A stretch of DNA of 64,000 nucleotides from Eledone cirrhosa. Lineage: Eukaryota. Shown here in pieces: positions 45,101 through 59,169 of the stretch; position 1 is the first letter of the stretch, and the number at the start of each line of letters is the position of its first letter. The notes beneath the pieces were generated by a model, which did not search any database, was not told where the DNA came from, and saw nothing but the letters and a program-made list of their open reading frames with translations. The stretch spans positions 204,414,001 to 204,478,000 of the forward strand of contig OZ024742.1 of assembly GCA_964016885.1 (NCBI GenBank), in the 5' to 3' direction. Position numbers and translations under genes: made by a program.

Positions 45101-45650
45101 GTAATGACTGTTATGTATTGGTGTACCGTCACTGACTGGTTTAATGACTGTTATGTATTGGTGTACTGTCACTGACTGGTGTAATGACTGTTATGTATTG
45201 GTGTACTGTCACCGGTGTAATGACTGTTATGTATTGGTGTACTGTCACTGGTGTAATGACAGTTATGTATTGGTGTACTGTCACAGACTAGTTTAATGAC
45301 TGTTATGTATTGGTGTACTCTCACTGACAGGTGTAATGACTGTTATGTATTGGTGTACTGTCACTGGTGTAATGACTGTTATGTATTGGTGTACCGTCAC
45401 TGACTGGTGTAATGACTGTTATGTATAGGTGTACTGTCACTGACTGGTGTAATGACTGTTATGTATTGGTGTACTGTCACTGGTGTAATGACAGTTATGT
45501 ATTGGTGTACTGTCACAGACTAGTTTAATGACTATTATGTATTGGTGTACTGTCACTGGTGTAATGACAGTTATGTATTGGTGTACTGAAACAGACTAGT
45601 TTAATGACTGTTATGTATTGGTGTACTGTCACTGACTGGTGTAATGACTG
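39120..45650 (+). repeat. Tandem higher-order duplication, period 3130/3250 bp
   Basis: ORF offsets 39329->42459 and 40089->43219 are 3130; 40861->44111 and 41441->44691 are 3250. Shared variants include TCTCCGATTGG, TTGGAGTACTGTCACAG and GTCATTGACT. Confidence 0.9.
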
Positions 45651-48600
45651 TTATGTATTGGTGTACTGTCACTGACTAGTTTAATGACTGTTATGTATTG
45701 GTGTACTGTCACTGACTGGTGTAATGACTGTTATGTATTGGTGTACTGTCACTGACTGGTGTAATTACTGTTATGTATTGGTGTACTGTCACTTGTGTAA
45801 TGACTGTTATGTATTGGTGTACTGTCACTGACTGGTGTAATGACTGTTATGTATTGGAGTACTGTCACTGGTGTAATGACAGTTATGTATTGGTGTACTG
45901 TCACTGGTGTAATGACTGTTATGTATTGGTGTACTGTCACAGACCAGTTTAATGACTGTTATGTATTGGTGTACTGTCAATGACTGGTGTAATGACTGTT
46001 ATGTATTGTTGTACTGTCACTGACTAGTTTAATGACTGTTAAGTATTGGTGTACTGTCACAGACTGGTGTAATGACTGTTATGTATTGGTGTACTGTCAC
46101 TGACTGGTGTAATGACTGTTATGTATTGGTGTACTGTCACTGGTGTAATGACAGTTATGTATTGGTGTATTGTCTCTGGGGTAATAACTGTTATGTATTG
46201 GTGTACTGTCACTGACTGGTGTAATGACTGTTATGTATTGGTGTACTGTCTCTGACTGGTGTAATGACTCTTATGTATTGGTGTACTGTCACGGACTGGT
46301 GTAATGACTGTTATCTATTGGTGTACTGTCACTGGTGTAATGACTGTTATGTATTGGTGTACTGTGACTGACTGGTGTAATGACTGTTATGTATTGGTGT
46401 ACTGTCACTGACTGGTGTAATGACTGTTATGTATTGGTGCACTGTCACTGACTGGTGTAATGACTATTATGTATTGGTGTACTGTCACTGACTGGTGTAA
46501 TGACTGTTATGTATTGGTGTACTGTCACTGACTGGTGTAATGACTGTTATGTATTGGTGTACTGTCTGTGACTGGTGTAATGACTGTTATGTATTGGTGT
46601 ACTGTCACTGACTGGTGTAATGACTGTTATGTATTGGTGTATTGTCTCTCGTGTAATGACTGTTATGTATGTGTGTACTGTCACTGACTGGTGTAATGAC
46701 TTTTATGTATTGGTGTACTGTCACTGGTGTAATGACTGTTATGTATTGGTGTACTGTCACTGACTGGTGTAATGACTGTTATGTATTGGTGTATTGTCTC
46801 TGGTGTAATGATTGTTATGTATTGGTGTACTGTCACTGACTGGTGTAATGACTGTTATGTATTGGTGTACTGTCACTGCTGTAATGACTGTTATGTATAG
46901 GTGTACTGTCTCTGATGTAATGACTGTTATGTATTGATGTACTGTCACTGACTGGTGTAATGACTGTTATGTATTGGTGTACTGTCACTGGTGTAATGAC
47001 TGTTATGTATTGGTGTACTGTCACTGGTGTAATGACTGTTATGTATTTGTGTACTGTCACTGGTGAAATGACTGTTATGTATTGGTGTACTGTCTCTGGT
47101 GTAATGACTGTTATTTATTGGTGTACTGTCACTGGTGTAATGACTGTTATGTATTGGTGTACTGTCACTGACTGGTGTAATGACTGTTATGTATTGGTGT
47201 ACTGTCACTGACTGGTGTAATGACTGTGATGTATTGGTGTACTGTCACTGGGGTAATGACAGTTATGTATTGGTGTACTGTCACAGGCTAGTTTAATTAC
47301 TATTATGTATTGGTGTACTGTCACTGGTGTAATGACAGTTATGTATTGGTATACTGTCACTGACTGGTGTAATGACTGTTATGTATTGGTGTACTGTCAC
47401 TGACTGGTGTAATGACTGTTATGTATTGGTGTACTGTCACTGACTGGTGTAATGACTGTTACGTATTGGTGTATTGTCTCTGGTGTAATGACTGTTATGT
47501 ATTGGTGTACTGTCTCTGCTGTAATGACTGTTATGTATTGGTGTACTGTCACTGACTGGTGTAATGACTGTTATATATTGGTGTACTGTCTCTGACTGGT
47601 GTAATGACTGTTATGTATTGGTGTACTGTCACTGACTGGTGTAATGACTGTTATGTATTGGTGTACTGTCTCTGACTGGTGTAATGACTGTTATGTATTG
47701 GTGTACTGTCTCTGACTGGTGTAATGACTGTTATGTATTGGTGTACTGTCACTGACTGGTGTAATGACTGTTATGTATTGGTGTACTGTCACTGGTGTAA
47801 TGACTGTTATGTATTGGTGTACTGTCACTTGTGTAATGACTGTTATGTATTGGTGTACTGTCACTGACTGGTGTAATGACTGTTATATATTGGTGTGCTG
47901 TCTCTGACTGGTGTAATGACTGTTATGTTTTGGTGTACTGTCACTGACTGGTGTAATGACTGTTATGTATTGGTGTACTGTCACTGACTGGTGTAATGAC
48001 TGTTATATATTGGTGTACTGTCTCTGACTGGTGTAATGACTGTTATGTATTGGTGTACTGTCACTGACTGGTGTAATGACTGTTATGTATTGGTGTACTG
48101 TCACTGGTGTAATGACTGTTATGTATTGGTGTACTGTCACTGGTGTAATGACTGTTATGTATTGGTGTACTGTCACTGACTGGTGTAATGACTGTTATGT
48201 ATTGGTGTACTGTCACTGGTGTAATGACTGTTATGTATTGGTGTACTGTCACTGACTGGTGTAATGACTGTTATATATTGGTGTACTGTCTCTGACTGGT
48301 GTAATGACTGTTATGTATTGGTGTACTGTCACTGACTGGTGTAATGACTGTTATGTATTGGTGTACTGTCACTGACTGGTGTAATGACTGTTATATATTG
48401 GTGTACTGTCTCTGACTGGTGTAATGACTGTTATGTATTGGTGTACTGTCACTGACTGGTGTAATGACTGTTATGTATTGGTGTACTGTCACTGACTGGT
48501 GTAATGACTGTTATATATTGGTGTACTGTCTCTGACTGGTGTAATGACTGTTATGTATTGGTGTACTGTCACTGACTGGTGTAATGACTGTTATGTATTG

Positions 48601-51600
48601 GTGTACTGTCACTGACTGGTGTAATTACTGTTATGTATTGGTGTACTGTCACTGACTGGTGTAATGACTGTTATGTATTGGTGTACTGTCACTGGTGTAA
48701 TGACAGTTATGTATTGGTGTACTGTCACAGACTAGTTTAATGACTATTATGTATTGGTGTACTGTCACTGGTGTAATGACAGTTATGTATTGGTGTACTG
48801 AAACAGACTAGTTTAATGACTGTTATGTATTGGTGTACTGTCACTGACTGGTGTAATGACTGTTATGTATTGGTGTACTGTCACTGACTAGTTTAATGAC
48901 TGTTATGTATTGGTGTACTGTCACTGACTGGTGTAATGACTGTTATGTATTGGTGTACTGTCACTGACTGGTGTAATTACTGTTATGTATTGGTGTACTG
49001 TCACTTGTGTAATGACTGTTATGTATTGGTGTACTGTCACTGACTGGTATAATGACTGTTATGTATTGGAGTACTGTCACTGGTGTAATGACAGTTATGT
49101 ATTGGTGTACTGTCACTGGTGTAATGACTGTTATGTATTGGTGTACTGTCACAGACCAGTTTAATGACTGTTATGTATTGGTGTACTGTCAATGACTGGT
49201 GTAATGACTGTTATGTATTGTTGTACTGTCACTGACTAGTTTAATGACTGTTAAGTATTGGTGTACTGTCACAGACTGGTGTAATGACTGTTATGTATTG
49301 GTGTACTGTCACTGACTGGTGTAATGACTGTTATGTATTGGTGTACTGTCACTGGTGTAATGACAGTTATGTATTGGTGTATTGTCTCTGGGGTAATAAA
49401 TGTTATGTATTGGTGTACTGTCACTGACTGGTGTAATGACTGTTATGTATTGGTGTACTGTCTCTGACTGGTGTAATGACTCTTATGTATTGGTGTACTG
49501 TCACGGACTGGTGTAATGACTGTTATCTATTGGTGTACTGTCACTGGTGTAATGACTGTTATGTATTGGTGTACTGTGACTGACTGGTGTAATGACTGTT
49601 ATGTATTGGTGTACTGTCACTGACTGGTGTAATGACTGTTATGTATTGGTGCACTGTCACTGACTGGTGTAATGACTATTATGTATTGGTGTACTGTCAC
49701 TGACTGGTGTAATGACTGTTATGTATTGGTGTACTGTCACTGACTGGTGTAATGACTGTTATGTATTGGTGTACTGTCTGTGACTGGTGTAATGACTGTT
49801 ATGTATTGGTGTACTGTCACTGACTGGTGTAATGACTGTTATGTATTGGTGTATTGTCTCTCGTGTAATGACTGTTATGTATGTGTGTACTGTCACTGAC
49901 TGGTGTAATGACTTTTATGTATTGGTGTACTGTCACTGGTGTAATGACTGTTATGTATTGGTGTACTGTCACTGACTGGTGTAATGACTGTTATGTATTG
50001 GTGTATTGTCTCTGGTGTAATGACTGTTATGTATTGGTGTACTGTCACTGACTGGTGTAATGACTGTTATGTATTGGTGTACTGTCACTGCTGTAATGAC
50101 TGTTATGTATAGGTGTACTGTCTCTGATGTAATGACTGTTATGTATTGATGTACTGTCACTGACTGGTGTAATGACTGTTATGTATTGGTGTACTGTCAC
50201 TGGTGTAATGACTGTTATGTATTGGTGTACTGTCACTGGTGTAATGACTGTTATGTATTTGTGTACTGTCACTGGTGAAATGACTGTTATGTATTGGTGT
50301 ACTGTCTCTGGTGTAATGACTGTTATTTATTGGTGTACTGTCACTGGTGTAATGACTGTTATGTATTGGTGTACTGTCACTGACTGGTGTAATGACTGTT
50401 ATGTATTGTTGTACTGTCACTGACTGGTGTAATGACTGTGATGTATTGGTGTACTGTCACTGGGGTAATGACAGTTATGTATTGGTGTACTGTCACAGGC
50501 TAGTTTAATGACTATTATGTATTGGTGTACTGTCACTGGTGTAATGACAGTTATGTATTGGTATACTGTCACTGACTGGTGTAATGACTGTTATGTATTG
50601 GTGTACTGTCACTGACTGGTGTAATGACTGTTATGTATTGGTGTACTGTCACTGACTGGTGTAATGACTGTTACGTATTGGTGTATTGTCTCTGGTGTAA
50701 TGACTGTTATGTATTGGTGTACTGTCTCTGCTGTAATGACTGTTATGTATTGGTGTACTGTCACTGACTGGTGTAATGACTGTTATATATTGGTGTACTG
50801 TCTCTGACTGGTGTAATGACTGTTATGTATTGGTGTACTGTCACTGACTGGTGTAATGACTGTTATGTATTGGTGTACTGTCTCTGACTGGTGTAATGAC
50901 TGTTATGTATTGGTGTACTGTCTCTGACTGGTGTAATGACTGTTATGTATTGGTGTACTGTCACTGACTGGTGTAATGACTGTTATGTATTGGTGTACTG
51001 TCACTGGTGTAATGACTGTTATGTATTGGTGTACTGTCACTTGTGTAATGACTGTTATGTATTGGTGTACTGTCACTGACTGGTGTAATGACTGTTATAT
51101 ATTGGTGTGCTGTCTCTGACTGGTGTAATGACTGTTATGTTTTGGTGTACTGTCACTGACTGGTGTAATGACTGTTATGTATTGGTGTACTGTCACTGAC
51201 TGGTGTAATGACTGTTATATATTGGTGTACTGTCTCTGACTGGTGTAATGACTGTTATGTATTGGTGTACTGTCACTGACTGGTGTAATGACTGTTATGT
51301 ATTGGTGTACTGTCACTGGTGTAATGACTGTTATGTATTGGTGTACTGTCACTGGTGTAATGACTGTTATGTATTGGTGTACTGTCACTGACTGGTGTAA
51401 TGACTGTTATGTATTGGTGTACTGTCACTGGTGTAATGACTGTTATGTATTGGTGTACTGTCACTGACTGGTGTAATGACTGTTATATATTGGTGTACTG
51501 TCTCTGACTGGTGTAATGACTGTTATGTATTGGTGTACTGTCACTGACTGGTGTAATGACTGTTATGTATTGGTGTACTGTCACTGACTGGTGTAATGAC

Positions 51601-54600
51601 TGTTATATATTGGTGTACTGTCTCTGACTGGTGTAATGACTGTTATGTATTGGTGTACTGTCACTGACTGGTGTAATGACTGTTATGTATTGGTGTACTG
51701 TCACTGACTGGTGTAATGACTGTTATATATTGGTGTACTGTCTCTGACTGGTGTAATGACTGTTATGTATTGGTGTACTGTCACTGACTGGTGTAATGAC
51801 TGTTATGTATTGGTGTACTGTCACTGACTGGTGTAATTACTGTTATGTATTGGTGTACTGTCACTGGTGTAATGACTGTTATGTATTGGTGTATTGTCTC
51901 TGGTGTAATGACTGTTATGTATTGGTGTACTGTCTCTGCTGTAATGACTGTTATGTATTGGTGTACTGTCTCTGGTGTAATGACTGTTATGTATTGGTGT
52001 ACTGTCACTGACTGGTGTAATGACTGTTATGTATTGGTGTACTGTCTCCGACTGGTGTAATGAATGTTATGTATTGGTGTACTGTCACTGACTGGTGTAA
52101 TGACTGTTATGTATTGGTGTACTGTCACTGACTGGTGTAATGACTGTTATGTATTGGTGTACTGTCTCTGGTGTAATGACTGTTATGTATTGGTGTACCG
52201 TCACTGACTGGTTTAATGACTGTTATGTATTGGTGTACTGTCACTGACTGGTGTAATGACTGTTATGTATTGGTGTACTGTCACCGGTGTAATGACTGTT
52301 ATGTATTGGTGTACTGTCACTGGTGTAATGACAGTTATGTATTGGTGTACTGTCACAGACTAGTTTAATGACTGTTATGTATTGGTGTACTCTCACTGAC
52401 AGGTGTAATGACTGTTATGTATTGGTGTACTGTCACTGGTGTAATGACTGTTATGTATTGGTGTACCGTCACTGACTGGTGTAATGACTGTTATGTATTG
52501 GTGTACTGTCACTGACTGGTGTAATGACTGTTATGTATTGGTGTACTGTCACTGGTGTAATGACAGTTATGTATTGGTGTACTGTCACAGACTAGTTTAA
52601 TGACTATTATGTATTGGTGTACTGTCACTGGTGTAATGACAGTTATGTATTGGTGTACTGAAACAGACTAGTTTAATGACTGTTATGTATTGGTGTACTG
52701 TCACTGACTGGTGTAATGACTGTTATGTATTGGTGTACTGTCACTGACTAGTTTAATGACTGTTATGTATTGGTGTACTGTCACTGACTGGTGTAATGAC
52801 TGTTATGTATTGGTGTACTCTCACTGACTGGTGTAATTACTGTTATGTATTGGTGTACTGTCACTTGTGTAATGACTGTTATGTATTGGTGTACTGTCAC
52901 TGACTGGTGTAATGACTGTTATGTATTGGAGTACTGTCACTGGTGTAATGACAGTTATGTATTGGTGTACTGTCACTGGTGTAATGACTGTTATGTATTG
53001 GTGTACTGTCACAGACCAGTTTAATGACTGTTATGTATTGGTGTACTGTCAATGACTGGTGTAATGACTGTTATGTATTGTTGTACTGTCACTGACTAGT
53101 TTAATGACTGTTAAGTATTGGTGTACTGTCACAGACTGGTGTAATGACTGTTATGTATTGGTGTACTGTCACTGACTGGTGTAATGACTGTTATGTATTG
53201 GTGTACTGTCACTGGTGTAATGACAGTTATGTATTGGTGTATTGTCTCTGGGGTAATAACTGTTATGTATTGGTGTACTGTCACTGACTGGTGTAATGAC
53301 TGTTATGTATTGGTGTACTGTCTCTGACTGGTGTAATGACTCTTATGTATTGGTGTACTGTCACGGACTGGTGTAATGACTGTTATCTATTGGTGTACTG
53401 TCACTGGTGTAATGACTGTTATGTATTGGTGTACTGTGACTGACTGGTGTAATGACTGTTATGTATTGGTGTACTGTCACTGACTGGTGTAATGACTGTT
53501 ATGTATTGGTGCACTGTCACTGACTGGTGTAATGACTATTATGTATTGGTGTACTGTCACTGACTGGTGTAATGACTGTTATGTATTGGTGTACTGTCAC
53601 TGACTGGTGTAATGACTGTTATGTATTGGTGTACTGTCTGTGACTGGTGTAATGACTGTTATGTATTGGTGTACTGTCACTGACTGGTGTAATGACTGTT
53701 ATGTATTGGTGTATTGTCTCTCGTGTAATGACTGTTATGTATGTGTGTACTGTCACTGACTGGTGTAATGACTTTTATGTATTGGTGTACTGTCACTGGT
53801 GTAATGACTGTTATGTATTGGTGTACTGTCACTGACTGGTGTAATGACTGTTATGTATTGGTGTATTGTCTCTGGTGTAATGACTGTTATGTATTGGTGT
53901 ACTGTCACTGACTGGTGTAATGACTGTTATGTATTGGTGTACTGTCACTGCTGTAATGACTGTTATGTATAGGTGTACTGTCTCTGATGTAATGACTGTT
54001 ATGTATTGATGTACTGTCACTGACTGGTGTAATGACTGTTATGTATTGGTGTACTGTCACTGGTGTAATGACTGTTATGTATTGGTGTACTGTCACTGGT
54101 GTAATGACTGTTATGTATTTGTCTACTGTCACTGGTGAAATGACTGTTATGTATTGGTGTACTGTCTCTGGTGTAATGACTGTTATTTATTGGTGTACTG
54201 TCACTGGTGTAATGACTGTTATGTATTGGTGTACTGTCACTGACTGGTGTAATGACTGTTATGTATTGGTGTACTGTCACTGACTGGTGTAATGACTGTG
54301 ATGTATTGGTGTACTGTCACTGGGGTAATGACAGTTATGTATTGGTGTACTGTCACAGGCTAGTTTAATGACTATTATGTATTGGTGTACTGTCACTGGT
54401 GTAATGACAGTTATGTATTGGTATACTGTCACTGACTGGTGTAATGACTGTTATGTATTGGTGTACTGTCACTGACTGGTGTAATGACTGTTATGTATTG
54501 GTGTACTGTCACTGACTGGTGTAATGACTGTTACGTATTGGTGTATTGTCTCTGGTGTAATGACTGTTATGTATTGGTGTACTGTCTCTGCTGTAATGAC

Positions 54601-57600
54601 TGTTATGTATTGGTGTACTGTCACTGACTGGTGTAATGACTGTTATATATTGGTGTACTGTCTCTGACTGGTGTAATGACTGTTATGTATTGGTGTACTG
54701 TCACTGACTGGTGTAATGACTGTTATGTATTGGTGTACTGTCTCTGACTGGTGTAATGACTGTTATGTATTGGTGTACTGTCTCTGACTGGTGTAATGAC
54801 TGTTATGTATTGGTGTACTGTCACTGACTGGTGTAATGACTGTTATGTATTGGTGTACTGTCACTGGTGTAATGACTGTTATGTATTGGTGTACTGTCAC
54901 TTGTGTAATGACTGTTATGTAATGGTGTACTGTCACTGACTGGTGTAATGACTGTTATATATTGGTGTGCTGTCTCTGACTGGTGTAATGACTGTTATGT
55001 TTTGGTGTACTGTCACTGACTGGTGTAATGACTGTTATGTATTGGTGTACTGTCACTGACTGGTGTAATGACTGTTATATATTGGTGTACTGTCTCTGAC
55101 TGGTGTAATGACTGTTATGTATTGGTGTACTGTCACTGACTGGTGTAATGACTGTTATGTATTGGTGTACTGTCACTGGTGTAATGACTGTTATGTATTG
55201 GTGTACTGTCTCTGGTGTAATGACTGTTATGTATTGGTGTACTGTCACTGACTGGTGTAATGACTGTTATGTATTGGTGTACTGTCTCCGACTGGTGTAA
55301 TGAATGTTATGTATTGGTGTACTGTCACTGACTGGTGTAATGACTGTTATGTATTGGTGTACTGTCACTGACTGGTGTAATGACTGTTATGTATTGGTGT
55401 ACTGTCTCTGGTGTAATGACTGTTATGTATTGGTGTACCGTCACTGACTGGTTTAATGACTGTTATGTATTGGTGTACTGTCACTGACTGGTGTAATGAC
55501 TGTTATGTATTGGTGTACTGTCACCGGTGTAATGACTGTTATGTATTGGTGTACTGTCACTGGTGTAATGACAGTTATGTATTGGTGTACTGTCACAGAC
55601 TAGTTTAATGACTGTTATGTATTGGTGTACTCTCACTGACAGGTGTAATGACTGTTATGTATTGGTGTACTGTCACTGGTGTAAAGACTGTTATGTATTG
55701 GTGTACCGTCACTGACTGGTGTAATGACTGTTATGTATTGGTGTACTGTCACTGACTGGTGTAATGACTGTTATGTATTGGTGTACTGTCACTGGTGTAA
55801 TGACAGTTATGTATTGGTGTACTGTCACAGACTAGTTTAATGACTATTATGTATTGGTGTACTGTCACTGGTGTAATGACAGTTATGTATTGGTGTACTG
55901 AAACAGACTAGTTTAATGACTGTTATGTATTGGTGTACTGTCACTGACTGGTGTAATGACTGTTATGTATTGGTGTACTGTCACTGACTAGTTTAATGAC
56001 TGTTATGTATTGGTGTACTGTCACTGACTGGTGTAATGACTGTTATGTATTGGTGTACTGTCACTGACTGGTGTAATTACTGTTATGTATTGGTGTACTG
56101 TCACTTGTGTAATGACTGTTATGTATTGGTGTACTGTCACTGACTGGTGTAATGACTGTTATGTATTGGAGTACTGTCACTGGTGTAATGACAGTTATGT
56201 ATTGGTGTACTGTCACTGGTGTAATGACTGTTATGTATTGGTGTACTGTCACAGACCAGTTTAATGACTGTTATGTATTGGTGTACTGTCAATGACTGGT
56301 GTAATGACTGTTATGTATTGTTGTACTGTCACTGACTAGTTTAATGACTGTTAAGTATTGGTGTACTGTCACAGACTGGTGTAATGACTGTTATGTATTG
56401 GTGTACTGTCACTGACTGGTGTAATGACTGTTATGTATTGGTGTACTGTCACTGGTGTAATGACAGTTATGTATTGGTGTATTGTCTCTGGGGTAATAAC
56501 TGTTATGTATTGGTGTACTGTCACTGACTGGTGTAATGACTGTTATGTATTGGTGTACTGTCTCTGACTGGTGTAATGACTCTTATGTATTGGTGTACTG
56601 TCACGGACTGGTGTAATGACTGTTATCTATTGGTGTACTGTCACTGGTGTAATGACTGTTATGTATTGGTGTACTGTGACTGACTGGTGTAATGACTGTT
56701 ATGTATTGGTGTACTGTCACTGACTGGTGTAATGACTGTTATGTATTGGTGCACTGTCACTGACTGGTGTAATGACTATTATATATTGGTGTACTGTCAC
56801 TGACTGGTGTAATGACTGTTATGTATTGGTGTACTGTCACTGACTGGTGTAATGACTGTTATGTATTGGTGTACTGTCTGTGACTGGTGTAATGACTGTT
56901 ATGTATTGGTGTACTGTCACTGACTGGTGTAATGACTGTTATGTATTGGTGTATTGTCTCTCGTGTAATGACTGTTATGTATGTGTGTACTGTCACTGAC
57001 TGGTGTAATGACTTTTATGTATTGGTGTACTGTCACTGGTGTAATGACTGTTATGTATTGGTGTACTGTCACTGACTGGTGTAATGACTGTTATGTATTG
57101 GTGTATTGTCTCTGGTGTAATGACTGTTATGTATTGGTGTACTGTCACTGACTGGTGTAATGACTGTTATGTATTGGTGTACTGTCACTGCTGTAATGAC
57201 TGTTATGTATAGGTGTACTGTCTCTGATGTAATGACTGTTATGTATTGATGTACTGTCACTGACTGGTGTAATGACTGTTATGTATTGGTGTACTGTCAC
57301 TGGTGTAATGACTGTTATGTATTGGTGTACTGTCACTGGTGTAATGACTGTTATGTATTTGTCTACTGTCACTGGTGAAATGACTGTTATGTATTGGTGT
57401 ACTGTCTCTGGTGTAATGACTGTTATTTATTGGTGTACTGTCACTGGTGTAATGACTGTTATGTATTGGTGTACTGTCACTGACTGGTGTAATGACTGTT
57501 ATGTATTGGTGTACTGTCACTGACTGGTGTAATGACTGTGATGTATTGGTGTACTGTCACTGGGGTAATGACAGTTATGTATTGGTGTACTGTCACAGGC

Positions 57601-58600
57601 TAGTTTAATGACTATTATGTATTGGTGTACTGTCACTGGTGTAATGACAGTTATGTATTGGTATACTGTCACTGACTGGTGTAATGACTGTTATGTATTG
57701 GTGTACTGTCACTGACTGGTGTAATGACTGTTATGTATTGGTGTACTGTCACTGACTGGTGTAATGACTGTTACGTATTGGTGTATTGTCTCTGGTGTAA
57801 TGACTGTTATGTATTGGTGTACTGTCTCTGCTGTAATGACTGTTATGTATTGGTGTACTGTCACTGACTGGTGTAATGACTGTTATATATTGGTGTACTG
57901 TCTCTGACTGGTGTAATGACTGTTATGTATTGGTGTACTGTCACTGACTGGTGTAATGACTGTTATGTATTGGTGTACTGTCTCTGACTGGTGTAATGAC
58001 TGTTATGTATTGGTGTACTGTCTCTGACTGGTGTAATGACTGTTATGTATTGGTGTACTGTCACTGACTGGTGTAATGACTGTTATGTATTGGTGTACTG
58101 TCACTGGTGTAATGACTGTTATGTATTGGTGTACTGTCACTTGTGTAATGACTGTTATGTATTGGTGTACTGTCACTGACTGGTGTAATGACTGTTATAT
58201 ATTGGTGTGCTGTCTCTGACTGGTGTAATGACTGTTATGTTTTGGTGTACTGTCACTGACTGGTGTAATGACTGTTATGTATTGGTGTACTGTCACTGAC
58301 TGGTGTAATGACTGTTATATATTGGTGTACTGTCTCTGACTGGTGTAATGACTCTTATGTATTGGTGTACTGTCACTGACTGGTGTAATGACTGTTATGT
58401 ATTGGTGTACTGTCACTGGTGTAATGACTGTTATGTATTGGTGTACTGTCACTGGTGTAATGACTGTTATGTATTGGTGTACTGTCACTGACTGGTGTAA
58501 TGACTGTTATGTATTGGTGTACTGTCACTGGTGTAATGACTGTTATGTATTGGTGTACTGTCACTGACTGGTGTAATGACTGTTATATATTGGTGTACTG
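45450..58600 (+). repeat. Four-copy higher-order tandem repeat with 3.2-3.9 kb units
   Basis: Marker ORFs at 45749, 48961, 52821 and 56061 (spacings 3212, 3860, 3240) and at 46757, 49969, 53829 and 57069. All four copies share TCTCTGGGGTAATAA, GTATGTGTGTAC and GACTTTTATG. Confidence 0.92.
48250..48610 (+). repeat. 120-bp trimeric sub-repeat (3 x 40 bp; every third monomer carries ATATATTGG...TCTCTGACT)
   Basis: The TTATATATTG variant occurs at 48271, 48391 and 48511. The same pattern appears at ~51480-51760 and ~59360-59620. Confidence 0.85.
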
Positions 58601-59169
58601 TCTCTGACTGGTGTAATGACTGTTATGTATTGGTGTACTGTCACTGACTGGTGTAATGACTGTTATATATTGGTGTACTGTCTCTGACTGGTGTAATGAC
58701 TGTTATGTATTGGTGTACTGTCACTGACTGGTGTAATGACTGTTATGTATTGGTGTACTGTCACTGGTGTAATGACTGTTATGTATTGGTGTACTGTCAC
58801 TGGTGTAATGACTGTTATGTATTGGTGTACTGTCACTGACTGGTGTAATGACTGTTATGTATTGGTGTACTGTCACTGGTGTAATGACTGTTATGTATTG
58901 GTGTACTGTCACTGACTGGTGTAATGACTGTTATATATTGGTGTACTGTCACTGACTGGTGTAATGACTGTTATATATTGGTGTACTGTCTCTGACTGGT
59001 GTAATGACTGTTATGTATTGGTGTACTGTCACTGACTGGTGTAATGACTGTTATGTATTGGTGTACTGTCACTGACTGGTGTAATGACTGTTATATATTG
59101 GTGTACTGTCTATGACTGGTGTAATGACTGTTATGTATCGGTGTACTGTCACTGACTGGTGTAATTACT

